From NCBI GenBank assembly GCA_965601925.1, contig OZ271854.1, positions 992,001-1,056,000 of the forward strand: a DNA stretch of 64,000 nt, given 5' to 3'. Within the stretch, counting starts at the first letter, position 1. The number at the start of each line of letters is the position of its first letter. The notes beneath the pieces are model-generated. The model was not told the origin of the DNA. It did no database searches and saw nothing but the letters and a program-made list of their open reading frames with translations. A program made the position numbers and the translations under genes. Source of the DNA: Alkalispirochaeta sp. (GTDB taxonomy: Bacteria; Spirochaetota; Spirochaetia; DSM-27196; Alkalispirochaetaceae). Positions 1 to 9,677 of this stretch are shown in pieces.

Positions 1-66
1 GTCGTCGACAACTCCCGCGAGCTCGAGCGCATACGTCGGTTGCACGTGGGACAGGAAATCGTCGCG

Positions 67-915
67 CTATCCTTTTACGCCGCCGGCGGCGAGGCCCGAG
101 GCGATGAAGCGCTGCAGAAAAAAGTAGAGCACCACCACCGGAAGCGATATGAGCACCACGTTGGCAAACAGGAGATTCCACCCGGTTACCGTACGTTGCC
201 CGAAGAAGAAGAAGGTGGTAAGTGTCACGGTGAAACGCCGCGGCGAATTGAGGAGAAAGATCGCGATCTCAAACTCGTTCCAAACGCTCATAAAGGTGAT
301 GATGATAACCGTGACGGTAATGGGTTGCAGGAGCGGGAAGATCACGCGCGCGAAGGTCTGAGGCGGCGTGCATCCGTCGATCACCGCCGACTCGTCGAGC
401 TCGCGGTGGATACTCTTGTAGTAGCCGGTATAGAGAAAGACGGCCAGAGGAAAGAGTCGCGAGGTGTAGGCGAGGATCACACCCAAGTGCGTGCGCGCGA
501 GCCCCATCGAATCGATGATGAAATAGGTCGGTACCACCGACGACGGCAGCGTCATGCCGGCCAAGATACAGAAGTTGATCGCAGCCACGATGCGCTGTCT
601 GCGCCGCTGAATGACGAACGCCGATGTCGCCGCGCACACGACGATCGCCGCCACCGAAAAAGCGCTCACGATGAGGGTGTTCGCGTACGCGGTAAGGAGA
701 TGTGCCTCGCGGATCACCGCCGCGTAGTTTTCGACGATCTGCGCCAACCCCGAGGTCGGGAGCGCGAGCTCGAGCCGGTTTGCCGCCTCGGGACTCTTAA
801 AGGAGTTGACGAGAATAAGCAGAAAGGGAACGAGCATCGGCAGACTCAGCGCAACGGCGGCGACCTCGACGACGAGTGATCGAGCCGGCGTTCGTACACG
901 GAGGGGGATACTCAT
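67..915 (-). CDS. Carbohydrate ABC transporter permease (MalG-like)
   Basis: Multiple TM segments; EAA loop ELDESAVIDGC; WNEF motif; ends GLAAGGVKG. Confidence 0.92.
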   Translation of the reverse strand: MSIPLRVRTPARSLVVEVAAVALSLPMLVPFLLILVNSFKSPEAANRLELALPTSGLAQIVENYAAVIREAHLLTAYANTLIVSAFSVAAIVVCAATSAFVIQRRRQRIVAAINFCILAGMTLPSSVVPTYFIIDSMGLARTHLGVILAYTSRLFPLAVFLYTGYYKSIHRELDESAVIDGCTPPQTFARVIFPLLQPITVTVIIITFMSVWNEFEIAIFLLNSPRRFTVTLTTFFFFGQRTVTGWNLLFANVVLISLPVVVLYFFLQRFIASGLAAGGVKG

Positions 916-1842
916 CTATACCTCGACCTCTCGTTTGCTGATGAACAGATAGGTGGAGAGGGAGATTGCCACGATAATGAGGCTAAGCACCACCGTGCCG
1001 GCCGCCGCTTCGCCCTGGCGATTAAAGACAAACGATTCGTAGACCACCGTGTTGATCACCTCAGTTCGCCTCCCAGGCCCCCCCTGCGTCACCGTTGCCA
1101 CGAGGGCGAAGACCTTCAACCCTCCGATAAGGCTGATGATGATCGCATTGTTGAGCGCCGGCATAATGAGCGGCAGGGTAATGTGGACGAACTTGTGCCA
1201 TGGCGAGGCGCCGTCAAGGGCGGCAGCCTCGTAATACTCTCGAGAAATCGTCTGAAGACCGGCGAGGAGTATCACCATTGTGAAGCCGACCCATTGCCAC
1301 ACCTCGATCACACTCAAGCTGGTCATGGCAATCGCGCGATCCGTGAGCCAATGGAGCGCCCATGCGCTCAAACCGACGGCGTGCAGAAATCGGTTCAAGA
1401 GGCCGAGTGTCGGATGAAGGATCGCGGAGAAGACGATCCCGACTGCAACGACGTTGAGGATCGCCGGGAGATAGTAGATCGAACGGAGGAAGTTCTTGGT
1501 GCGCAGGCTTCGATTGAGAAAGATCGCCAGCGCGAGACCGAGCCCGACCTTCAACACCGTCGTCAGGCCGGCAAAGTACAGCGTGTTGCCGATCGCAATG
1601 CGCAAGTCGGGATTGGAGAGGATCGAACGGTAGTTTTCCAGCGCGATAAACTCGGCGGAGAAAAAATCCCACCGAAAGAACGAGAAATAGAGTCCGACAA
1701 AAAAGGGCAGCGCAAAGAAGATGAGGTAGATCGACGCTCCGGGAGCCAAAAAGTACAGAGGATAGAGCGTACGATTAAGAGGTCGGTATGTCGTCATAGT
1801 GCGTCGATTTCTTTCACCATCGTCCGACTCCGACGCCGTCAT
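916..1842 (-). CDS. Carbohydrate ABC transporter permease (MalF-like); start may be 1797
   Basis: LAGLQTISREYYEAAALDGASPWHKFVHITLPLI EAA motif; TQGGP motif. Confidence 0.92.
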   Translation of the reverse strand: MTASESDDGERNRRTMTTYRPLNRTLYPLYFLAPGASIYLIFFALPFFVGLYFSFFRWDFFSAEFIALENYRSILSNPDLRIAIGNTLYFAGLTTVLKVGLGLALAIFLNRSLRTKNFLRSIYYLPAILNVVAVGIVFSAILHPTLGLLNRFLHAVGLSAWALHWLTDRAIAMTSLSVIEVWQWVGFTMVILLAGLQTISREYYEAAALDGASPWHKFVHITLPLIMPALNNAIIISLIGGLKVFALVATVTQGGPGRRTEVINTVVYESFVFNRQGEAAAGTVVLSLIIVAISLSTYLFISKREVEV

Positions 1843-1871
1843 GGTGCCGGAGTCGGACAGGGCCCGCGTAC

Positions 1872-3200
1872 CTACCAGTTAGGATCGTCGGCGTCGCGCG
1901 CCTGTTCGGCAAAGTTCTCGTCGATCCGCTGTGCGATCTCCCGCGGCGTAGCGTCGCCCACGAGCATCTCCGCGACGTATCGCTCCAGAGGTCCTCTCGT
2001 GTATCGCAGGAATGCCGTCGGGTCGGGACCCGCCCTCCCCGCCTCGATCAGTGCGAGGAAGTCCTCCTGGACCGGATACAGCTCGGCGACCTCGACACCC
2101 GTCGATATGAACGGGATCCCCGGTTGCGCCTGAAAGAACGTGTTCATCGCCTCGGGGGAGACGAGGAAATCGACGATCCGTTTACTCAGCTCCGGGTTGC
2201 GCCCCCCGGACAAGACGTACAGTCCCGTTGGCGTGTTCGCCACGATCCACGCGTCGTCGGTGACCGGAAATGCGAATCCCCCGATATCGGAACGGAGCGT
2301 CTCTTCGGAGAGCCCTGCCAAGTCGGGTATCATCCACGTCCCTTGGACGTACATTCCCGCCTCGCCGTTCATAAGCGCTTGCTGCGCCATCGCGTAGGTA
2401 TCGGAGAGAAACGTATCGTTAATGTAGCCGCGCTCCACAAGTTCGAGGGTTCGCTCAAGAGCGGTGATGAAGAGATCCAGGTCGGCCCACTGCATCTCGT
2501 TGGTGCTGAGGCTCCGAGCCAGATCGGCGATGCCGGCGGCACGCTGCTCCTGCGCCAGACCGATAAGGGGTATCAACTGTCCGGTCCACGCGTCGTTGAT
2601 CGAGTAGTAGACCGGCACGCGTCCGATCGCCTCGATACGGCGGCACGCCTCCAGGAACTCCTCCCACGTCGTCGGCACGCCGTCGATGCCCGCCTCTTCG
2701 AAGACGCGGCGATTGTAGAAGACGCCGAACACCGTCGAATCGTTGAACGGGGCCTGAATCAATCTACCGTTTTGCGTATACGCGGGCCACGACAAACGCT
2801 CGGCATCATAGTATCGGGTGAACGAGAGGTCGGAAAGATCCTCGAACAGATCGTCGATGTTGTCGCGTCCCAACCGGCTGGCAGTGACGTTGGCCAACTG
2901 CCAGTAGAGAATATCGGGGTAGTCCCCGGAGGCGAGGCGCGCTTGAATCACCTGCTCTCCCGACGCTCCTTCGGGTACGCGCTCAAAGACGAGACGCGCT
3001 CCCAGCTCCTCGGCACGCTCGTTGACCAGATCGAACGCCGCCTGCGCGCCGGGGCGTAGCCACGAGGTGTGCATCATCACCGTCAGCGTGGTAACCCCCT
3101 CTTCCTCGACCTCGCCGCCGCCGCCGGCCCAAAGCGGCACGGTAACCGAGAGCAGCACACCGAGGAGTATGAGCAATCTCATTACGCTTCCTTTGTTCAT
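1872..3200 (-). CDS. Carbohydrate ABC transporter solute-binding protein
   Basis: ATG at 3200 with GGAGGA RBS; signal peptide ending LWAGGGGE; VFYNRRVFEEAGI..PTTWEEF SBP family 1 motif. Confidence 0.9.
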   Translation of the reverse strand: MNKGSVMRLLILLGVLLSVTVPLWAGGGGEVEEEGVTTLTVMMHTSWLRPGAQAAFDLVNERAEELGARLVFERVPEGASGEQVIQARLASGDYPDILYWQLANVTASRLGRDNIDDLFEDLSDLSFTRYYDAERLSWPAYTQNGRLIQAPFNDSTVFGVFYNRRVFEEAGIDGVPTTWEEFLEACRRIEAIGRVPVYYSINDAWTGQLIPLIGLAQEQRAAGIADLARSLSTNEMQWADLDLFITALERTLELVERGYINDTFLSDTYAMAQQALMNGEAGMYVQGTWMIPDLAGLSEETLRSDIGGFAFPVTDDAWIVANTPTGLYVLSGGRNPELSKRIVDFLVSPEAMNTFFQAQPGIPFISTGVEVAELYPVQEDFLALIEAGRAGPDPTAFLRYTRGPLERYVAEMLVGDATPREIAQRIDENFAEQARDADDPNW

Positions 3201-3371
3201 AACGGTCCTCCTTTGACACATCGCATGGTCCGCCAACCTACGGTGCATACCGCGGGATGAGCGGCTCCGTCTCACCGCGCCGGGCTCGGGCCCGCCGCTC
3301 CCGGTACCGGACGTACCGTGTACCGTTCTCTCCCGGAGAGTGCAATCGGCCTCGCCGGCGGCGGTAACGTC

Positions 3372-3431
3372 ATCGTACACCCCCTTCAGTGGGGGCGAGG
3401 GAGGGTAAAAAGGCTACGATATCGTGTGAAT
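3372..3431 (-). promoter_or_regulatory. Putative activator site plus -10 (TACGAT) for the SBP operon
   Basis: ATTCACACGATA-N4-AGNCTTTT motif is repeated at 5097-5120 at nearly the same distance from a TAnnnT hexamer. Confidence 0.55.
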
Positions 3432-5011
3432 TACTCTTCGTTTTTGTGGTCGAAGTAGCCCTCGACACGCGTCGTCGCACCGGGAGCGAAGATGTCCTGT
3501 ATCAGGAGACCGGCGTCGGGGTTGTCGGGAAGGCGCAATCTGCCGAAGCGCGCCCAATCGTCGCCGTCGATACCGCCCGTCTCACCCCCGGCGCGTAGAT
3601 GGGCGAGAAGCGCAGCCTTCATCTTCCGACGCGGCCGCTCACAGAGCGATACCCCGGCTCGATCGCGCGTCTCCTCGGGGTCGCCGAGTCGGTCGAAGAG
3701 AAACTCACGCTCGTCGGGAGCGCTGTATACGTACTTCCATTCGCGCGAGACGGCCATGTAGATCGAACCTGCGGCTCGGCGCGAGACGGGATCGTTCTTC
3801 ACCGTCGGGGGGAGGCCGATATCCATCAGTGTCGACCATACGGATGTGTCGATATGAGAAAAGACGCTCTCTCGCCGAGCACTTCCGTCGAGGACCCGAA
3901 CGAGTGACACCCCGTCGGTCTCCGATTCGTCGTCGAACGTGGTGCCGGCAATCTCGCGTAGCGTCGGCGCTATGTCGACCAAACTCACCGGTGTGTCGCA
4001 CCGCCGACCGCCGACAAACGGAGCGGACGGCCCGCCGTTTGTTGCACCTCGAACGATCAGGGGAACGCGTGAGGCGCCGTCGTGCATGCTTCGCTTGCCG
4101 TAGCAGTTGTAGTCGCCCAGAAGCTCACCGTGGTCCGCGGAGAGGAGGATCACGGTGTCGTCCAACACACCGCGCTCGGCAAGGGCGTCGACCATGCGCC
4201 CGACCTGATAGTCGATGAAGGAGACACAGGCGTAGTAGTACGCCTTGATCAGGCGCACCAGATTGGTGTCGTGTCCCTGGTCGCGATACTTGTAGCGATT
4301 CTGCACACGATTGACGAAGGTGAGAAGCGATTCCGAGTTCGCCGGGACTTTGGGAGGCGGCATGAGCGTGGCGCGATAGAGCTTGTGCCACGGAGAGGGC
4401 GGCGAAAAGGGTGGATGGGGATGGACGAAGCCGGTAAAGAGATACCACGGACGATCGCCGGTCTGCTCGCCGATGAAGTGCAGGGCTCGGTCTCCCACCC
4501 ACTGCGTCGGATGGAGGCGGGCAGGCACCTGAGAGGGCTGCGGTACGTAGTACATTTCGCCGCGCACGCCGTGAGGTTCGGCGACGTACTCGAAACCGCG
4601 CTCGGCCAGATAGGCGAGATAGTCGTCGCTCTCTCCATCGCCGAAGTCGTCCTCCTGTGTCTCGCGCGTCTGGAACCCCAACAGCGCGTCCCGGTTCGGT
4701 GTGAAGTGGCACTTTCCCACACCGTGAGTGCGGTACCCCACCTCGGTGAGAGAGTCCATGAACGTGGGACGTCCGTCGGAGGGCATGGGGCCGTTCTCGT
4801 AGCAACCGGTTCGGTGGGGATACTGTCCGTAAATCATTGAGCATCGCGCCGGCACACAGACCGGCGATGGGGTGAAGGCGTTGGTAAAGAGGACCCCTTC
4901 CCGACACAATCGATCGATGTTGGGTGTTTTCACAACACCGTTTCCCGACGCGCCGACGGCATCGAAGCGCAACTGATCGCAAAAGATGTGAAGAATATTG
5001 GATCGTCTCAC
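3431..5011 (-). CDS. Cys-type (formylglycine-dependent) sulfatase
   Basis: NILHIFCDQLR, SPVCVPARCS (CxPxR), GKCH, PHPP, SADHGE motifs; GTG at 5011 with GGGAGG RBS. Confidence 0.93.
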   Translation of the reverse strand: MRRSNILHIFCDQLRFDAVGASGNGVVKTPNIDRLCREGVLFTNAFTPSPVCVPARCSMIYGQYPHRTGCYENGPMPSDGRPTFMDSLTEVGYRTHGVGKCHFTPNRDALLGFQTRETQEDDFGDGESDDYLAYLAERGFEYVAEPHGVRGEMYYVPQPSQVPARLHPTQWVGDRALHFIGEQTGDRPWYLFTGFVHPHPPFSPPSPWHKLYRATLMPPPKVPANSESLLTFVNRVQNRYKYRDQGHDTNLVRLIKAYYYACVSFIDYQVGRMVDALAERGVLDDTVILLSADHGELLGDYNCYGKRSMHDGASRVPLIVRGATNGGPSAPFVGGRRCDTPVSLVDIAPTLREIAGTTFDDESETDGVSLVRVLDGSARRESVFSHIDTSVWSTLMDIGLPPTVKNDPVSRRAAGSIYMAVSREWKYVYSAPDEREFLFDRLGDPEETRDRAGVSLCERPRRKMKAALLAHLRAGGETGGIDGDDWARFGRLRLPDNPDAGLLIQDIFAPGATTRVEGYFDHKNEE

Positions 5012-5061
5012 TCGCTTTCCCTCCCGCGGTATACCGCGTCGCTCGGTACACACCCGCACGT

Positions 5062-5120
5062 ATGGTATACCGAGCCCGCGGTCGACGTGGTAGAGGAAAA
5101 GACTCATGTATCGTGTGAAT
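5062..5120 (-). promoter_or_regulatory. Putative activator site plus -10 (TACCAT) for the sulfatase
   Basis: Second copy of the motif at 3408-3431 (19/24 identical, no gaps). Confidence 0.55.
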
Positions 5121-5233
5121 CGCTCAACGTTTATGTACTCGTCTGGCGATGTCGGCGGACGCCGATCCACGGCGGTGACGCTGCGTTTCGGCCGTGGTAT
5201 CGTGGGCGTCGAACATCCGACCTCGGAGGGGAC

Positions 5234-8005
5234 GTGAAGGGCGACTTTATACCGATCGATCTGTTGTGCGAACATCTATCGAACCCGCTGGGACTCGACA
5301 CCGGCGCGCCCAGGCTCAGCTGGCGTATCGCATCATCGCGACCGGGAGCGCGACAGACGGCGTATCGCATCCTTGCGGCGACATCTCGTGAGCGCCTCGA
5401 TAACGACGACGGCGACGTGTGGGACACCGGCCGCGTCGCGTCGGATATGACGCTTCACCACCGTTACGACGGCGCGCCGATACCTGCGTGGCGGCGGTGC
5501 TACTGGAAAGTGAAGGTGTGGAGCGAGGACGCTACGGAGTCACCGTGGAGTCGAACCGCGGAGTGGAGTCGCGCTCCCGGTAGCGAGCACGGTGAATCGA
5601 CGACGGCGCGCTGGATCTCATACCGCGTCGCGGCGGTGTCGCGGCGGCGATCGAGATTCGAAACCTGGGACCAAACGCGAGCTCGTGAGCTCGATTCACC
5701 GGTGAGCGCGCCGGCCGTACTCATGCGCCGCGAGTTCGAGCTACCCATTTCCCGGAATGCGGGGCCGCCGCGGAACAAACCCCAAGCGACGATAACCGTC
5801 GGTGGACTGGGTTACTACGAGCTGTTCATAAACGGAGAGAAGATCGGCGATCACGTGCTCGACCCCGTTTTTTCCGATTATCAACGTCGTGTCCACTACG
5901 TCACCTACGAGGTCGGGGACCGCATCGTCGAGGGCAGCAACGCGATCGGAGTCGTTCTCGGCAACGGGTTTTACCATTCGCCGACTCCCGACCTCTTCCA
6001 GATGGAGCGAGCCAACTGGAAGACGCCGCCGAAGCTCGTGGTTCACCTCCATATCGAATCGCCCGGCGCAACGTTCGACCTCGTCACCGACGCCTCGTGG
6101 AGGTGGTCTACCGGCGCAATACGGTTCAACAGTATTCGCGCCGGAGAGACGGTCGACCGACGGCGATCGTTAGAGGGCTTTTCCCGCGTCGGATTCGACG
6201 ACGGCGCGTGGAGGGCGGTCGTCGAGGTTGCGCCTCCGGTGGGAAAGCTCGCCGCGCAGCGCATGCCGCCCATGCGCATCACCCGCACCGTGACGCCGAT
6301 CGCGCACACCGAGCCGCGGCCGGGTCTCCGGCTCTTCGACTTTGGGGAGAACCTCACCGGCTGGGTCGAGCTGACGGCACGGGGAAGCGAGGGCGACGAG
6401 ATACTACTCGACCATAACGAGGCACTCGCCCCCGACGGAACACTCGATACACGCTACAGTGCGACGCACACCGGCGGCCGCTTTCAGCAGGATCGGTTCG
6501 TCTGCCGGGGAGGGGGACCGGAGCGTTTTGAGCCCCGTTTCACCTACCATGGATTCCGTTACGTCCAAGTCGAAGGAGGTTCCGGGATACCCGATATCGA
6601 GAAGGTACGCGCAAAGGCGGTCCATACCGATCTGACGACTGCGGGCTCCTTCGAGTGCTCCGACGACAGACTCAATCGGTTGCACGGGGCGGTTCGCCGC
6701 ACTCTCCTCAACTCGATTCACGGTATGCCCGGCGAAGAGCCGACGCGCGAAAAGATGGGCTGGACCTTTGACGCCGGCATGGCGACGATGGAAAGCTATC
6801 TGTTCAACTTCCATGCAGTTACGACGTACGAGAAATATCTGTGGGATCTCATCGACGCCCAGGAAGCGGGCGGCCACATTCCGCCGATCGTGCCGACCAA
6901 CGGGTGGGGTCTCCTCGGCACCGACGGACGGCCGATCGCCTACGACGACCCGTGGTGGGGCGGTACGATCTTCTACGTCGCGTCGACGCTGTACCGATTC
7001 ACCGGCGACGGAGTCTTCTTGGAACGCGCCTACGATCCGATGCGCCGTTACCTCGATTTTGTCGCGAGTACGGCGCGCGACGGTCTGATCGAGTGGGGAC
7101 TGGGAGATTGGCTGGACATGGGCCAGGAGTCCGACGCGCCGGGCCCGGGCCTCACTCCGGTGGCACAGACGTCGACCGCGGCCCTCTTCTGGATGTACAC
7201 GGTGCTCGCCGACACGGCGCGTCTCACGGGGCGCGTCGAGGACGCCGAGCGCTATAGGGCCGAGGCACGAGAGGTGGCGAAGCGCTTCAACGCGACGTTT
7301 CTCGATCCCTCGACCGGCTGGTATCATCCGGGGTCACAAACGGCGCAGGCGCTCCCGTTGGCCCTGGGACTGGTACCGGACACACACATTCCGGCGGTGA
7401 GAGCGCGCCTCGTGGAGGCGATCGACGGCGCCGGCGGACACATCTCGAGCGGGTTTATCGGTGTCAATCCGCTACTCAACTATCTGTCCGAGAACGCCCT
7501 TGCCGAGGCGGCGTACGGTATCGTTACCCGGGAGGAGAGTCCCGGCTGGCTTCACATGCTCACCGGCGAGCGGGCTACGCTGGGAGAGAATCTCAATCAA
7601 CGGGGGTACGGCACCGGCCACCACCCCTTTGGGGCGTGCGTCGGTTTCTGGCTCTATCGGTACGCCCTCGGCATCGCTCCCGATCGCGACGGTGGAGCGT
7701 TACGGAACGGCGCGGGCTTCAAACGTTTCACCCTGCGTCCCGCCCTCATTACCGCGATCGAGTGGGCCTCTGGCCGCTACGAGTCGCTCCACGGACCGAT
7801 CACGCTCGAATGGCGTCGTGTCGGCGAGGACCGATGCGAGGCGCGAGCGGGCGTCCCTCCCAATACCACGGCTCGCGTGGAGTTTCCCGTACGCGCAGAA
7901 GGAACGGTGCGTATAAACGGGGAGCGCCGCGGCGCGGTCCGTCCCGTCGATCTGGGGCCCGGCGACCATCGTCTGCTGATCGACGGAATCGCGCCCTACT
8001 CGTAG
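5234..8005 (+). CDS. Alpha-L-rhamnosidase, GH78
   Basis: LLCEHLSNPLGLD..PRLSW N-terminus; DFGENLTGW; FTYHGFRYVQ; PTREKMGW; GDW; GTG at 5234 with GGAGGGG RBS. Confidence 0.9.
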   Translation: MKGDFIPIDLLCEHLSNPLGLDTGAPRLSWRIASSRPGARQTAYRILAATSRERLDNDDGDVWDTGRVASDMTLHHRYDGAPIPAWRRCYWKVKVWSEDATESPWSRTAEWSRAPGSEHGESTTARWISYRVAAVSRRRSRFETWDQTRARELDSPVSAPAVLMRREFELPISRNAGPPRNKPQATITVGGLGYYELFINGEKIGDHVLDPVFSDYQRRVHYVTYEVGDRIVEGSNAIGVVLGNGFYHSPTPDLFQMERANWKTPPKLVVHLHIESPGATFDLVTDASWRWSTGAIRFNSIRAGETVDRRRSLEGFSRVGFDDGAWRAVVEVAPPVGKLAAQRMPPMRITRTVTPIAHTEPRPGLRLFDFGENLTGWVELTARGSEGDEILLDHNEALAPDGTLDTRYSATHTGGRFQQDRFVCRGGGPERFEPRFTYHGFRYVQVEGGSGIPDIEKVRAKAVHTDLTTAGSFECSDDRLNRLHGAVRRTLLNSIHGMPGEEPTREKMGWTFDAGMATMESYLFNFHAVTTYEKYLWDLIDAQEAGGHIPPIVPTNGWGLLGTDGRPIAYDDPWWGGTIFYVASTLYRFTGDGVFLERAYDPMRRYLDFVASTARDGLIEWGLGDWLDMGQESDAPGPGLTPVAQTSTAALFWMYTVLADTARLTGRVEDAERYRAEAREVAKRFNATFLDPSTGWYHPGSQTAQALPLALGLVPDTHIPAVRARLVEAIDGAGGHISSGFIGVNPLLNYLSENALAEAAYGIVTREESPGWLHMLTGERATLGENLNQRGYGTGHHPFGACVGFWLYRYALGIAPDRDGGALRNGAGFKRFTLRPALITAIEWASGRYESLHGPITLEWRRVGEDRCEARAGVPPNTTARVEFPVRAEGTVRINGERRGAVRPVDLGPGDHRLLIDGIAPYS

Positions 8006-8030
8006 GCGGTGGGTCGGATGCCGCAACGGA

Positions 8031-9677
8031 TCACGCACGGTCATCGCGACGCGGGCGAGTCATGAACTCCCTGGGTGTGCACCCGGTGAGCCGTTTGAAA
8101 CAGTTAAAAAAGTACGTATAGCTGTGAAAACCGCAACGATAGCTCACCTCTTTGATGTTGTTCTCTCCCAGGCGAAAGAGCTCTTTGGCACGCGCGATGC
8201 GGGTGCGGTTGAGATACTCGGAAAAACCGACGCCCACCTCTCTCTTGAAGAGTTTACTTAGGTAGGAACTATGTATCCCCAACTCGTCGGCGATGTCGTA
8301 CTCCTTGAGCTGTTCCGCGAAGCGACGCCTCACGATAAGCACCGCGTCTCGGACGTGAGGAGAGTAGGAGCCGAACTCGGCGTCGTCCACGAGGGAGAGG
8401 AGCTTGGCGAAGAGCGACGAAAATCGATCGTGAATCTCGTCAAGCGTCTCCAGCGTATCGAGCGCATCGTGGGGCGGCCGATCGTCTTCGAAAAGGTCGT
8501 TCAGTTCGATGGTATGCGCGAGGCACAGGCGATGGAGCACACTGTGCAGGTCATTGAAGAGCATCTGACTGCGCGATCGATCGAGGCCGCCACGACGCAG
8601 AGTACGAAAAAGGGTCGAGATGCGCCTCTCGACCCGTTTTGCGTCGCACGACTCAACTGCGGCGACGAGGTCCTGTTCCGACTCGACGTCCAGCGAGACC
8701 CACCCGGTGGCGTCGGCGATTTCCGCCGCTTCGGAGAGGGCGTCCTTACCGAGAAGAAACTTCCCCTTGAGCGCCTCCTCGGCCTCCCGGAAACTGCGCG
8801 GAATCTCCGCCGCGGCGCGGACGAGAGAACCGTACCCGAATGAGACGCCGGTATCCACGACGTTTTTGATACACCCTCTGATACGTTCCAACAGAGTGCG
8901 TACGTGGTGGCGATAGTATTCGTCGTCCCCTCTATCGATCAGCCGCCTCGGCGGTGAAAGGAGCAGGAGGTAACGCTCCGGGGCAATCGGGATGATGGTA
9001 CCCTTCGACTGTTGGTCGATAATCTCCTGTCCCAACGTAAGAATCGATCGTTCGACCATCACCAGTGTCGGTCCGTCAAGGGCGGCGGCAAGCTTGTAAA
9101 AGTCGTCAATCTCCATCAATACGAGGACGGCACCGCTCGGGTCTACCGGAATACCGAACGTCGCGCCGGCATCGACCAACTCTTGGTCCGACACAAACGC
9201 GCCGGTGGTGAGTAGCTCGACGAATCGTCGCCGCGCCGCACGGGAGTCAAGCTTGGACGAGTCGTTCGTCGCCTCACGCCCGTTCATCGCCGGGCGTTGC
9301 GTCGAGAGACGGGCCGCCGCCGCTCGAAGCGTCTCGGTGAGCACGGATGGAGTGAGGGTATGCTTCAAGATGTAGTCGCCGGCGCCGTTACGGAAGGTGG
9401 AGCGTGCGTACTCGAAGTCGTCGTAGTTGCTCAGGACGATGAGAAGCGTCTCGGGATGGCGTTCACGCAGCGCCGCCGACAGCGCTACGCCGTCCAATCG
9501 CGGCATGCGAATGTCGGAAAGGACGATATCGGGGCGTTCGCGCTCGATCCGATCCAACGCCTCCACGCCGTCGGACGCCTCGCCGCAAAGAACGAACTCG
9601 TCGCCGGCCTCCTCGATCATCATCTTCATCTTGGTGCGCATGAGCGCATCGTCGTCTACCAACACGATCTTATACAT
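8031..9677 (-). CDS. Two-component response regulator, YesN type (REC + AraC HTH)
   Basis: IVLVDDD, SDIRMP, DYILK receiver motifs; C-terminal YLSKLFKREVG..GFHSYTYF..FKRLTGCTPREF. Confidence 0.92.
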   Translation of the reverse strand: MYKIVLVDDDALMRTKMKMMIEEAGDEFVLCGEASDGVEALDRIERERPDIVLSDIRMPRLDGVALSAALRERHPETLLIVLSNYDDFEYARSTFRNGAGDYILKHTLTPSVLTETLRAAAARLSTQRPAMNGREATNDSSKLDSRAARRRFVELLTTGAFVSDQELVDAGATFGIPVDPSGAVLVLMEIDDFYKLAAALDGPTLVMVERSILTLGQEIIDQQSKGTIIPIAPERYLLLLSPPRRLIDRGDDEYYRHHVRTLLERIRGCIKNVVDTGVSFGYGSLVRAAAEIPRSFREAEEALKGKFLLGKDALSEAAEIADATGWVSLDVESEQDLVAAVESCDAKRVERRISTLFRTLRRGGLDRSRSQMLFNDLHSVLHRLCLAHTIELNDLFEDDRPPHDALDTLETLDEIHDRFSSLFAKLLSLVDDAEFGSYSPHVRDAVLIVRRRFAEQLKEYDIADELGIHSSYLSKLFKREVGVGFSEYLNRTRIARAKELFRLGENNIKEVSYRCGFHSYTYFFNCFKRLTGCTPREFMTRPRRDDRA

